Below are positions 24,355-36,795 of a stretch of DNA of 64,000 nt, piece by piece. The stretch spans positions 8,370,001-8,434,000 of the forward strand of contig JBHGNT010000011.1 in NCBI GenBank assembly GCA_043228905.1, read 5' to 3'. How positions within the stretch are numbered: the first letter of the stretch is position 1; each line of letters opens with the position of its first letter. The notes under the pieces are model-generated. The model saw only the letters and a program-made list of their open reading frames with translations, was not told where the DNA came from and ran no database searches. This stretch comes from Azolla caroliniana. Lineage: Eukaryota; Plantae; Polypodiophyta. The position numbers and the translations under genes were made by a program.

Positions 24355-25974
24355 CAAGAAGTTGTATCTATTGTAACCACTTGTTGGCAAAGACATAGAG
24401 CTCAAGGTCATTGCTTGTGAGCCACTCATTGTAGCCTTCCTCTCTCCTACAATGATCATGTTTTGGAGTCTGCGAACTCCTATGGTTTTGCCTCTCGAGG
24501 TTTTCCATGTTAACATACGGTGTGTCTCATTTGTGTGTAACTACATCAATCTCTATTTCGATTCTGTTTCTTCCATTGTGCGTTTGGAACTCGGTTGTGG
24601 CCGAGAATGTTTCTTGTCAATCTAGTATCAGAGCGAAGTTCTAAAGTTCAAACAAAAACAAAGTGAAATGGAAGATTCATTCAGAGGCATGTTCAAGCTC
24701 ATCAGCTCCAATTACTTAGTGTGGAAGTCAAAGATGAGGGACATGCTAGTTGTAAAGGATCTCTAGCTATTGGTATAGTTTGGTGATAAAAGACCAGACA
24801 AGATTGATGATGCGACCTGGGAAGTAATGCATATGAAGAGCATGGAATACATAAGATGCTTCATCTACATGAGCTTGTACAATAACTTTAATGAGGAGAA
24901 CAAGGCTCATGAACTCTGGGAGAAGTTAGACATTATGTTGGAGAACAAGAATGTTGTGAATCGAGTCTTAGTATTGCAGAAAATAGTGAGACTCAGGTAC
25001 CAAGACGATGTTAACATCATAGAGCATATGAACACTTTTCAGGGGCTAATAAACCAGACTACCTCGCTCAAAGTACCGCTAGCTGATGAGGTACTATCAT
25101 TGTTATTGCTCGGGTTCCTTCCAGATAGCTAGGAGACACTAGTAGTCAATTGGGCAAAACCGGACGAAAATGGAAAACCCTATCCCTGGCAAGAGTAAAA
25201 TCTAGCGTGTTGGTTGAGGGGGCTCGTTGGAAGGACAAGGAGGCAATTTCTGACTCGAAGGCCCTAGTCACGCAAAGTGATATGCATAGAGGAAGAGGTT
25301 GAAATAGAAGTCCCTTGAACAGAGAGAAGTCGGGGACAAGGTCGAACTCAAGGAGGAGGCCCACATGCTTGTATTGTGGGAAGCTGGGGCAGTTCTAGAA
25401 GAAGTGTTGACACTTCCGAAAGGAAAAAAGGGGAGCCGACAATGTTGACTCGAAGAAGAGTTCAGACCGGAAGGGAACGTTGGCAATAGAGACAAGTGAG
25501 GAGGAACTGTTGCTCATAAGTGAGCAGAATGAAGTGAACTTTGTCAACGATGAATTGACATGGGTGGTCAATTCGGGAGAATCATTCCACTTGACCACCG
25601 ACCGGAAATGCTTCTCATCATACAAGGTAGGAAACCATGGCTTTGTAAGGATGGGAGACGAAGGTCCATGACAAATTGTCGGCATCAAAGATGCATGCCT
25701 GGTAACGTTGACTAGGTGTCGATTGATATTGAAAGATGTACAACATGTTCCGGAGGTTCGATTGAACCTGATATCAGTCGGTCGGCTAGATGATGAAGGC
25801 TACACGGGTAACATCTGGAATGGCGTCATGAAATTCAACAAAGGAAGCTTGATTGTGGCCTGAGCTAAGAAGACCAACACACTCTATCTTATGCATGCGC
25901 GGATATGTCGGGAGGAAGCAAATGTGGTAGCCGACACTGCCGGTGGGCTATGGCATAAGAGGTTGTATCATATG
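24112..25974 (+). mobile_element. Ty1/copia 5' half (LTR 24112-24619, PBS, gag, protease, GAG-pre-integrase), truncated by a gypsy LTR
   Basis: PBS TAGTATCAGAGC at 24623; MEDSFRGMFKL..WKSKMRDML; WVVNSG; LWHKRL; same family as 38167-43767. Confidence 0.9.
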
Positions 25975-26495
25975 TGTTGCCACCGGCTGGACAAACTGCT
26001 AACATAGGGTGTCCCTTTAGAACACTTCACCAAAGGGGTGGTACGGTAAGGAATGTGCAAACCGTGATACAGGACCGAGCCTTCCTGCTCATTCTCCTAT
26101 TTGATTAACTTGATACACGCGTATGATAATCACATTAAGCACAAAACGGTACTAACACTATACACAATACGTAAAGGCACAACATCTCTCTATTAATTAC
26201 CTGTCCTCAATTACATCATCTCCGGATCCTTTTATAGGTATCCGGTTGTGCTACAAACCGATGCCAACTGGCAACTTGCTACGAACCGGTCCAGATCCGG
26301 ATCGGCATACCGATTCCGAGACTGCCTGTCCGATCTTATAATTATCATAATTTATCTAATTACAACTCCCAAAACTGACTCCCCTTTCATACTGTGGCCT
26401 AACCGGCCAACACATGGCACGCCCGTGGGATAGTACATTGTACATTAAACCCACGGTTAGCCCCTTCATTCATCTTCCAAAATGTCCAGAATGCT

Positions 26496-29255
26496 CTAGT
26501 CCAGGGTCTCCAACGGTTCATCGAGTAGTTGATCCATCGGTTGCGGTTGTTGCTCCTGAGGTTGTTGTAGTTGTTGTTGTTTTTGGTCTTCAGCCTGCTC
26601 TCCGGCTTGCTCTTCTTCTCCGGCTCTAACCGTATCCGGCTCTACTGGTCTCGGCGCTTCTGGCTCCAGCTCCTCCAGTCTGACTTCTTCCAACTATTCT
26701 ACTCGAGCTTCGTTTGGCTGGCCTCCTCCAGTCTCGGCTACATTCAGTGGCTGCTTTGGAGATTTCTCTCCATCACTGATGTTAATTGTCGTCAACATTT
26801 GCGATGCTATCTGCTATCTTCGCTCCCATTCGTATCGCTCGAGCTGGAGTAGAGTGCCAAGCCGGTCATCATCTAGCTGTTGTACCAACTGCCTTACAAC
26901 CGCCAATTGTTCCCCTACTAGGGACGAGAAATCATCCGAAAACTCCTCCCGGATGGTTACAATACTCTCTGCATCCATCTTGTAGAAGTTGTCACCATCC
27001 TTTCTCCGATTTTCCGCATCCGCTTGCAGCGTCTGTAATTCCGCCGCCTGTTGTGCCCATTTTGACCACCATTGCACTGAGCGTTCACCAATCATACGCT
27101 TTGTTCATTCTTTCCATGCCAGCACAATGGCGCGGATCCAACCGAGCCCCATCTTGGATTTTTCCTCCGCAACCTACCTTTCCTCCTTTAACTTCTTTAT
27201 CAGGCCTATGGTTGCCTGTGCCTACACCTCATAGTCCAAGAATTTAGTTTGATAAGTGGTTTGAACTCTGTTCAACACCATCTGTGCTCATTCCATCTCC
27301 TCATAATGTTGTCGGGTGAGCTCCATTTGGTCCCTTGCCGCTTCTTCCAGTGCCTTTGCTATTCGACTGCCTTGGTTTGTTCTTCCGCCAATGCCTCTGT
27401 CACCCTGTTGACTTCCTTTCGGAGTTCCCCTAGCTTCTCCTCCTGCCGGTCACCTTCTGCCATCAAATTCTTGTGCTCCACATCCAAATACTTGTGATCC
27501 TGGTGCAATCGTTCAAAATCCTCCGTCTTCTGCTTCAGCTTTTGGTTTATTTGGCATCGGGCGCGGTCTTCCCAATCTTTCTACTGTCGGAGTTCTTCTT
27601 TAAGCCGCTCGATTTCGGTTTCCGCCGATCGCCGGAGCTTATCCTTCTCTTGTAGTAGCTTCTCCTTTTCTTCCTTCAACCATTCATTTAATTGGCAGCT
27701 TTTCCAGAGATTTTCTTCAAGTCTTCGTTTCTCATTCTCTGTTGCCTTCTTCTGCTCTCGTTCTCTAGTCCTCAAGGCCTCCTGGGCTTCTAATTCTTCC
27801 TTCAGAATGGAGAGTTCTTGCTCCCGTGTGATGCTTGTGTCTGGTTCCGTAGGAGCTACCGGCGTGTTATTTGTTTGCTCAATCACCAACACCACTGGTT
27901 CTAGTCCTGACGGCCCCTGACTGACCTGTCTAGTTGTGTCTGCTTTGGCCTTCTCAATTTCTTCCTCCATGTTCCAGATCCTTGACCGGGCCTTGTCGAG
28001 TTCTTCGGTTATGGTGAACAACCAATCCCATTGTGCTCTCTCTTCTGCTTCAATTTGGCTTACAACCCGGGTCACCTGCTCTCCGATCCATCGCAATCAT
28101 TGACTGTTGGTGCCTTCTTGCCTTGCCGGTTCCGGTTCCGGTGTTGGCTCTGCTCTTGCCACAGCCCCTGGTTGGATTGTCGTTTCTAGCGGCAACTCTT
28201 CTTGTTGTGCCTGTCGACCTAGTGAGATTGGTATTTCCCTTGCCATTATTGGCCGATCAGGCTCCGTTTACTTCGTTGGCTCTAGTTCCTCGGAGCGGTG
28301 TGTCAGTGTGCTGTCTTTTATCGGTCCCGATTCATCCCCCTTCTGCTCTGCATCGCTTCTCTTCTAGCGACGTAGGGGAGTGTCGGCAGGTTCTTCCTCC
28401 GCCTCCTCCTCTTGGGTTCTCATGCTTATCCCTTGAGCCAAGTTAGACGACTCTTGCTCTTGCTGACGCAATTTGATTTTAAGAGGCCTAACTGGTTGCT
28501 CTACCCATGCCTCTGTCTCCACCTGCCTCTTCCGACTGCGCTGCTCCTTCCCTTTCTGTGATGAACCTCCCTCTATCCAACCGGGCGTGTGCTTGGCAAG
28601 GAGTTGTTGCCGCTTTGATGGCTTGTTTGGCGTCATATCGGTCATTCGTCCCTGCGTCTTTGCCTTTAATGTCAGCACCGGTTGTACTAGGAGAGTGAGC
28701 GATTGAGCTACTGTTGTCCACACCCTCTTGCCGTCTACCACCGATTGTTTGGCTGCTCACAAACAATCAGTGATGATTACGGCTCAATCCACCTTTACCC
28801 CTTCGTATGTTGTGATGATGAATCCAACTTTGTTCTTTGGCATTGCCGGGGGTCGGGGATGCACAAACCCATACTCGTGGAGCACATGAGCTACTTCTCG
28901 GAACAAGGTGTCGTCGCCGCCCTGTGTCCGGTACGCTTTGCTGGCTACAGAATACTCCCCGAAGAACTTCATTAGCGTCTCTAGGGACGGATTCTCAATG
29001 GAGTAGATCCCTCCTTTTGGCAATCCGATTAAGGCGCGGATGGCCTCGTCCGTGATTACTTCGCGGTCAATCTTCTTCGCGACCTTTTCTGCTTCTTCGT
29101 GTGGAGGTGCCTTTGCTATCCGTAACAAGCCCTCCAAGCCATGTTGCATGAACCATTTCTTGGCCATCTCGAAAAGCAACATGGGCTCCAGCGTGTCCTC
29201 TGTTTCGGTGGGTGTGGAGAGCTTTGGTGTGCCTGTGGTAGCTTCTGGTGTTCAC
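26496..29255 (-). pseudogene. Extra ORF downstream of pol (globular N-terminal domain plus long coiled coil), broken by stops
   Basis: Consecutive ORF pieces 28784-29182, 28364-28741, 27581-28096, 26814-27095 and 26496-26693; homologous to 45070-46420. Confidence 0.75.
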
Positions 29256-29809
29256 CTAATCACCTGTATCCGCCTCTGTGTGCTAAGTGCTCTGTGTTCG
29301 CAAAATGAGAGAGACTCTGTTATGCGAAGGTTTTGTGTTCCCATTCTTGCCGCCATTTCTCGATTCCCGCACATGTATGTCGTGTGCTTTTAATAGTGGC
29401 TTTGTGACACGTGGTGGGCTTTACGTGACTTACGTCATACCATTTTGACGTGTCCATTCATTTTTTTAATGGCCTACATTCAAGAAAAAAATTAAATTTT
29501 TTTTTGCGTGCATGGTGGCATTACTCCATGTCTTTACTCCTCACCCCTACATGATGGGGTTTTTTTTCTGTTTTATTTAAAACCCTGTGTCAGAACTAAG
29601 GATAAAAGATAGAGTGATGGAAGAAGGATATTAGAGAACACGAGAAGAAAGGAACCAAATACTAAGAGAAGAATGGATGTATAAGATAGAGAAAGAAAGA
29701 GAATGGATACAAGATATGTAATGAGAGCTAAAGACTGGTGTTGATTCGAATTGATTTGAGAATACATGTATGCCCTTATTTATAGGTTCCTATAGAATAG
29801 CTTAGAGAT

Positions 29810-29873
29810 TTCTAGAATGTTCTAGAATGTTCTAGACCTAGAATGCTCTAGGACATTCTAGAACATTCTAGAA
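29810..29873. promoter_or_regulatory. Heat-shock element array in LTR U3 (second copy at 32826-32890)
   Basis: TTCtaGAAtgTTCtaGAAtgTTC (5 phased units) plus TTCtaGAAcaTTCtaGAA, upstream of minus-strand TATAAATA at 29777-29784. Confidence 0.7.
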
Positions 29874-31189
29874 TAATCTAGAGTTTTTACAATAATCAAT
29901 GTAATACAAGAAGTAGCTTTTATTATTTCATATAACAATAAGCTATCTTAATGGTTGAGGTTTTCCCGTATGAATTACAAGGTTCGAGGTTCAAGTCCGG
30001 GTGACGCCATAATGGTCATGTGTTCATGACACTATCCCTCCTTCGAGAACGCTGAGTGGAAGTCGGCGTTAACATTGTTGGGTCGGGCTTGTTTGGATAG
30101 TGACGATGGAAGTCGTTGACCAGAGCTTCAGCATTACAAACGTTATCGATGGGTTCCCAAGTGCGATCACTCGGAGGATAACCAAGCCAATCAACTAGAT
30201 AATAAAGCTTATTGCGCACAATCTTAGAATCGAGAATAGCAGCTACCTCGTATTCGGGGCCGTCCACACGTTGTACAGAAGGCGGTGGTGGCACGACATG
30301 ATTAGGAATTAAGACGAAATGTTGCATCATTAATCTGCGCCATGATGACAAAAGGACCTAAGCGTTGATAGTCAAGCTTAGCACACGGTCGGGTAGTCTT
30401 GATGTGAAGACGAAGCAACCATACACGGTCACCAACCTTAAACGGAGACTTAAGACGATGTCGATCAGCATTGGTCTTATGGTGTGCTTGCGCTTTCTGA
30501 AGATGTGACGATAACTTGAACTGGATTTGTTGTAGTCGGTGGAGGTGATGCGCCGCACTAGGGTTTCATGACACCTCGGGAAGATCCAGTATACACCATC
30601 GAGGGTTGTTGCTGGTGTAGGCAAAGAAAGGTGTAACTTTGGTAGAAGAGTGGACCATGTTGTTGTATGCAAACTCGTCAAGATGTAAAATATTACTCCA
30701 ATCATCTTGTTGATAACTAATGAAACATCGAAGATATTGCTCGAGCGTTTGATTTGTGCGCTCTGTTTGTCCGTCAGTTTGTGGATGATAAGCCGAAGAG
30801 AGTTTGCAAGAGATTTTGAGGCTTGCCCATAGGTGCTTCCAAAAGTGTTAGATAAATTGAGGACCTCGATCGCTAATAATATCATTCGGGAGACCATGAT
30901 GGCGAAACACTTCACGCATAATGAGATCTGCAGTTTCTTCACTATTGATGGTCTTTACACATGGTACAAAATGTGCCATCTTGGTGAACCGATCCACTAC
31001 TGTTAAAATAGTATCAAAGCCTTTGGAAGGTGGCAGATCCGTAATGAAATCCATAGAAATAGACTGCCATGGCTTGTTGGGAGGGGGTAATGGTTGTAGT
31101 AAGCCATAAGGGTGATGCCAGGGTATTTTGGCGTGACAGCAGGTGTCACAAGTGCGAACATAATCTTCGACAAATTTTTGCAAGTGAGG

Positions 31190-32713
31190 TCACCAAAACG
31201 AACGTTTCACCAGCTCAATGGTCTTGGAAATACCAAAATGTCCAGCCATGGGGGCATCATGACAATGTTCCAACACTTGAAGTCGGGGTGATCCGTCGGG
31301 GAAGTAAAGGAGATTCTTGTAGAAGAGTAAACCATGTTGCCACTTGAAGTCCTGATAATGTTGAGATGACCCTGGCAATGTGGAGCAAGATGGACGACTT
31401 GAACCACAGTGGGCTAAGACATCCTTAGCAAAATCATCCGAATGAAGTTGTCGCCGAATAGTGTCAAGAAGGGTAGAATCAAGTAGTGTGGCATAAATTG
31501 TTGTTAACTGTAGCTTTGATGGCCTGAGGAGAGTTTGCTTTTGATTGTCAAAGGCCGGATCTCCAGGTCGAAGTGCTAGATATGAACGCCGAGACAGAGA
31601 ATCTGCTTTCCCTTGTTGTTTTCCGGGGCGAAAAATGATCTTGAAATCGAAATGCGTTAGAAATTGGGCCCACCAAGCTTGTCGTCTATTTAATACTCGA
31701 GCTGTTTGAAAATATGTGAGATTTTTGTGATCACTATAAATGATAATCTGATGAGGTGATCCTTCTAGAAAATGACGCCATTGCTCGAATGAGTCGACCA
31801 CAGCTAGTAACTCCTCGTCATGCACCTCATAGTTTATCTCCGAAACAGTAAATTTTCTCGAGTGAAACGCGACTGGATGTATTTGCCCGTCCTTGCCTGG
31901 TTGCGATAGGATACTCCGCAATGCAAATTCTGATGCATCCGCCTCAATAGTAAATGGCTTTTCAGGATCAATATGTGCTAGGATGGGTGCTGATGTGAAT
32001 GCCTCTTTCAGCTGCGTAAAAGCCTTGTCCGCTTCGATACTCCAAAAAAATGCTTGATTTTTCTTGGTGATTTGAGTAAGGGGCAACACAATGCTTGAAT
32101 AATTATGTATGAATTTGCGATAGAAGTTCGCAAATCCCAGGAAATACTGGACATCCCAAACTGAGCATGGGGGTTTCCATTCCAATATTGTTTGGACTTT
32201 TGCCGGGTCCATGAAAACACCCTGGGATGAAATAGTGTATCCCAAAAATTCGACTTGTTTGCAATCAAAACTGCATTTCTCAAGTTTGGCGTAAAGACCA
32301 TACTTCCTTAGGCGTTCAAGTACTTGCCGCACATGTATATCATGCTCCCCCTGTGTTTTAGAGTAAATCAATAGATCATCTAGGTAGATGATTAGAAAAA
32401 TATCCAAGAAATCCCGGAAGATGTCATTTGCCATATGTTGGAATACGGCAGGTGCATTTGTGAGCCCGAAAGGCATGACTATATACTCGAAATGACCATA
32501 CCGAGTACGAAATGTTGTTTTCCACCCATCTCCCGGCCGAATTCGAACAAGATTATATGCACCCCTTAGATCAATTTTGGTAAAATGTTTTGCCCCACCA
32601 ATGTGTTCTAAGAGATTGGAGATTAAAGGTAAAGCATACCTATTCCTTATGGTGACTTTATTTAAGCCTCGATAGTCCACGACCAAACGAAGGGAGTCGT
32701 CCTTTTTCTTCAC
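31190..32713 (-). CDS. Gypsy Pol fragment (RT, RNaseH, start of integrase), 507 open codons
   Basis: LRLVVDYRGLN, KIDLRGAY, MPFGLTNAP, YLDD, ADAS, HDAPMAGHFG. Confidence 0.85.
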   Translation of the reverse strand: MKKKDDSLRLVVDYRGLNKVTIRNRYALPLISNLLEHIGGAKHFTKIDLRGAYNLVRIRPGDGWKTTFRTRYGHFEYIVMPFGLTNAPAVFQHMANDIFRDFLDIFLIIYLDDLLIYSKTQGEHDIHVRQVLERLRKYGLYAKLEKCSFDCKQVEFLGYTISSQGVFMDPAKVQTILEWKPPCSVWDVQYFLGFANFYRKFIHNYSSIVLPLTQITKKNQAFFWSIEADKAFTQLKEAFTSAPILAHIDPEKPFTIEADASEFALRSILSQPGKDGQIHPVAFHSRKFTVSEINYEVHDEELLAVVDSFEQWRHFLEGSPHQIIIYSDHKNLTYFQTARVLNRRQAWWAQFLTHFDFKIIFRPGKQQGKADSLSRRSYLALRPGDPAFDNQKQTLLRPSKLQLTTIYATLLDSTLLDTIRRQLHSDDFAKDVLAHCGSSRPSCSTLPGSSQHYQDFKWQHGLLFYKNLLYFPDGSPRLQVLEHCHDAPMAGHFGISKTIELVKRSFW

Positions 32714-35700
32714 AAAAAAGATAGGAGCACCAGCTGGAGACTTTAAATGTCGAATAAACCTATGTGCAAGACCTAGAATACATGTATGCCCTTATTTATA
32801 GGTTCCTATAGAATAGCTTAGAGATTTCTAGAATGTTCTAGAATGGTCTAGACCTAGAATGCTCTAGGACATTCTAGAACATTCTAGAATAATCTAGAGT
32901 TTTTACAATAATCAATGTAATACAAGAAGTAGCTTTTATTGTTTCATATAACAATAAGCTATCTTAATGGTTGAGGTTTTCAAGTATGAATTACAAGGTT
33001 CGAGGTTCAAGTCCGGGTGACGCCATAATGGTCATGTGTTCATGACACCTTGTATCCAGCAACACCGGATCCGTTGTATGTTCCTCCTCTTGGTTGCTAG
33101 TTATCCGCTTGCCGTTTCCGGTTTCTGCTTCGGCAACCGGTTGTTTAAACAAGTTCCGTGGCATTGGTCCATAATACGGTTTTAGTCGGAAACCGTTTAC
33201 CCATTTTTCCACGACCTTGCCGGCCAATGTTCCTAGCTGATATGAGCCATTAAACTCTCGTATTATCCATTATGGTTCGGTCCACCAGAACCATAGCTTT
33301 CCCTACATATTGCCCATATGGGTTTGAAATACTAACACCGGCTTGCCGATTCCGAACATTTTCTCATTCCCTTTCCGGTACCGGTCGATGAACGCTTTCC
33401 ATCGTTGTTGCTCGAGTTCCAACTACAGAATGCTGGCTATCCGGTGTTCTTCTAATTCACACAATGTCGTTAGTCGAATTTTCTCCGATTCCTTCTCACT
33501 TAACCTTTCCCGTACTTGAATCCGCAAACTCAAAATTTGAAACTCTATCAACATGATCGCTTCTAATCCAAAAGCTAAATGGAATGGTGTTGTCCGAATA
33601 CTTGTTTTGTATGCGGTTCGGTAAGTCCACATTGCACTTTGCAGCTTTGTGTCCCAGTCTGTGCAGTTTTCATTGACTATTTTCTGGAGGATGTTTTGCA
33701 AGGTTTTGTTGGTGGATTCGGCCAATCCGTTGACTTGTGGATAATAGGTTGTACTCCGCTTGTGTATGACCGCATAAAACGTCGTCAAGCTCTCTACTAC
33801 TAGACCGAGGAAATGTCCTCCTTGATCATTGATCAGTTGTATCGGTCATCCATATCGGCACCAAATGTACTCGTATAGGAACTTGGCCGTTGAGGCCACG
33901 GGATTATCCCGGAGTGCCTTTGCTTCCACCCATTTGGTGCAATAGTCTGTTGCTAGAATGATATATCAGTTCCCAGTTCGCATTGTTGGAGGTTTGAACG
34001 GTCCAACGAAGTCCAATCCCCATTTTTGAAACGGCTCCAGTGGTAACACCGGTTGGTGTGGCATCCTTGCTTGTTTTGTTGGTTGGCCCATCCATTGACA
34101 TAAGTCACATTCCTTTGCATACCGAATTGAGTCCTTCATTGTTGTAAGCCACCACAATCCGCTTTGCCATATCATCTTTGTCGTTGCTTCACAATGAGCT
34201 TCCCATAAAATTGTCTCCTTTTCGTCGCTCCGAACCGCTCTTCGCCATATACCAACCCTAAACCCTTGTGGTACAGCGTATCTTGTAGTAAACAAAAATG
34301 TTGGCTTTGTGGTATGCCTTATCCTTCGGTTCTGTGCATTGGAAAGGTGTTCAGTGTACAACTACGTGTAGTGGTGTCGCAAGATCTGCCAAGTATCGGA
34401 GCATTTGGCTATGCCACCGGATTTTCCCTAAAAGCCGACTGAAAGCTTTGGTAGTTGTCGGTGCCGGTGCTTCCAAAATGGCTTTTAACTTTATCCGGGT
34501 CCACCACAATGTCGTCCTTAGTCACAATATTGCCCAGTAGCGTGCCGCTGGTTACTCCAAATACGCATTTCGTCAGGTTCAGACTTAGCCGGTAACCTCT
34601 ACATTTCTACAGGCATAACTGGAGACAATCAAGAAGTTCCCCTTTCCTGCTATACACCACAAAGTCATCCAGGAACACTTGCATAAACGTTGGGATAAAT
34701 TCCCCGAAAATTTCCATGATGATTCGTTGGAACGTTGCCGGTGCCATCTTCAGTCTGAACATAATCACAACCACTACAAAGACTCCCCATTCAATGACGA
34801 ACGTTGTTTTCTCTTGATCGTCCTGGTGCATCCTGATTTGATTATACCTGCTGAATCCATCGTGGAGGCTATACACCTCGTGGGCTGCTACTGCATCCAA
34901 GACCCCATCCGTGAATGGGAGCGGGAATGCATCAGTGACATTGGCAACATTCAATTTCCGGTAATCCACACAGACCCGAATCTTTCCATTTTTCTTCGGT
35001 ACCACCACGATCGGAGTTAGCTAGATGGCTCTCTGCACCAACCGGATGAACCCAACCCGCAACAACTTGTCGATCTCTTCTTTTACTTTAGTCACATAAT
35101 TCGGATTCATCCGGTAACATCTCTGCGCTACTGGTTTCGCATCCTTGCTTAAATGAATCTGGTGCTGATATAATTGCGGGTCCAATCCCCACATGTCTTC
35201 ATATGACCACGCAAATACGTCCCGAAATTCTTTCAATAATGTGATCATTGCCGATTTCTCCTCCCATGTCATTTCTTTGGCCACTTGCACCGGTCTTGCT
35301 TCTTCATTGGTTCCCAAATTCACTTCTTCCAATTGTGATGTTTTCACCTGTTGTGATACCACCATCTCCTACTCTAGGGCCTCTTGTGCTTGTCGTAGGT
35401 CCCAGATTGCATTCCTATCTGGCCCCTCACCAACATTGTCCGGTTTCCCAATATATGGGGACATCGCCTTTGCGATGTCTACTTCAAACAGAGGGACTAT
35501 CCTTGGGTTTTCATCAAGGTAGCGATCTACCTCCTCATTGGCGAGCCCTTCCAGCATATTCACGCTTTTGGCATATAACGGTGTTACTTCTTTGCCTAGG
35601 CCCGCTTGAGGGTGCGTGGGTACTCTTACCTTAGTTTTCCCCCTTCGAAACATAATGTTTTCTTCTGCCAATTCTGTTTGATGTGGGCGGTCTGGAACCA

Positions 35701-36795
35701 TGGTCGTCCTAGCAACAGTGGGTATGCACCCTACACATTCAATTGGAGGACGACGACAGAAATCCGGAAGGCATGGCCTCCAATTGTTACCTCCAAATCC
35801 CGGATCAATCCGGCTAGTCGTACTGAGCTGGTGTCTGCCATTCGAAGCTAGAACGGGCATGGTTCCCATTCTTGGATTCCAAGAGTGTTGCATGTTCGGA
35901 GGCTAATTACGTTTACTCCCGATCCGCCATCGACGATCGTCCTTGGTACTTCCCGTCCTTTGATAATGGTGGTGATTGCGGGACTGTTGGTATCGACCAT
36001 TGCTGGCCCTTCCTCCGGGTTTGAAACGAACTCCGAAGCCGGTGTGGGGTTTGGTGGGGCCCATGCTGATTTTAAACCATCGGTGAATCGGGGCACCAAT
36101 TGAAGTAACCGACCCAATGGTAGCATGATCTGGCATTCCTATAATGCCCAGCAGGTGGGGTTGTCCTACTGCGTCGTCTTTGTAGGTTCCTCCAATGTGT
36201 TCCTTTGCTCCTTCAGCTCGGTGACATTCTATTCATTTTCCTTTTCGATCCACTCCGTAGTTTGTTTGTGGATAGCTTCCTGAGCCTCCCATTCAACCAT
36301 CTTTCCCTTCGATCTAGTGGTGACTTGTTGGATGTCCACCACTTCCGCGACCACCATGTTGACCGCCAGTCGTTTGTCGTGATTCTTTACCGGACATTGG
36401 TTGTTGTAGTGTCCCTCATGGCGGCAATAGTAGCAATACGCGTTCCGTGTATTGCTAGACTCTGCTTTTTGCATGTTACCCGATAGGAATCCGGATACTA
36501 CCCGGTTTGGCTCCTCTACTCTTCTTTGTTCCGTTTGAGCACTAGTAATGCTTCTGTCCGGCTCTCGTTGGTAATCCTTTGCTAGTTCCTGAAGATCCTT
36601 TTTCCGAGCATTCCATTTTTTATTATAGCATCGGTTTTTCTAGTATCCTTGCCGACGTTGGTCTTCATAGTCTTCCCGTTGATCCTCTCTTCTACGATCA
36701 TAGTGGGGGGAGTAATCTCGATTATAACGATCGCCCTTATAGTCGCGGCTTCTCTCGCTCCGGTCCTGGTCATAATCGTCCCGTCGGTCATAGCG

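Larger units (their letters stand above)
29589..33047 (-). mobile_element. Tcn1/Tf1-like chromovirus nested in B1; gag and protease deleted; LTRs 29589-30031 and partial 32775-33047
   Basis: TSD CCCTG/CCTTG (1 mismatch); PPT GAAGGAGGGATAG; RT-RH-INT-chromodomain (EYEVAAILD..YLVDWLGY..TWEP); related to 5022-9898. Confidence 0.93.
25975..36795 (-). mobile_element. Athila/Tat-like non-chromovirus gypsy (copy B1) with an extra 3' ORF; 5' end lost, RNaseH deleted
   Basis: 3' LTR at about 25975-26366 with PPT AGGGGAGTCAGTTTTGGGGA; protease IVDGGSGVN, RT VPKKNGKIRVCVDYRKLN and FLDDF, INT PFQKWGLDFVGP and YYPQ.NG. Confidence 0.88.

Noticed and set aside
29944-30009. Functional tRNA gene
   Set aside because: No acceptor or anticodon stem can be formed; only the promoter boxes are tRNA-like
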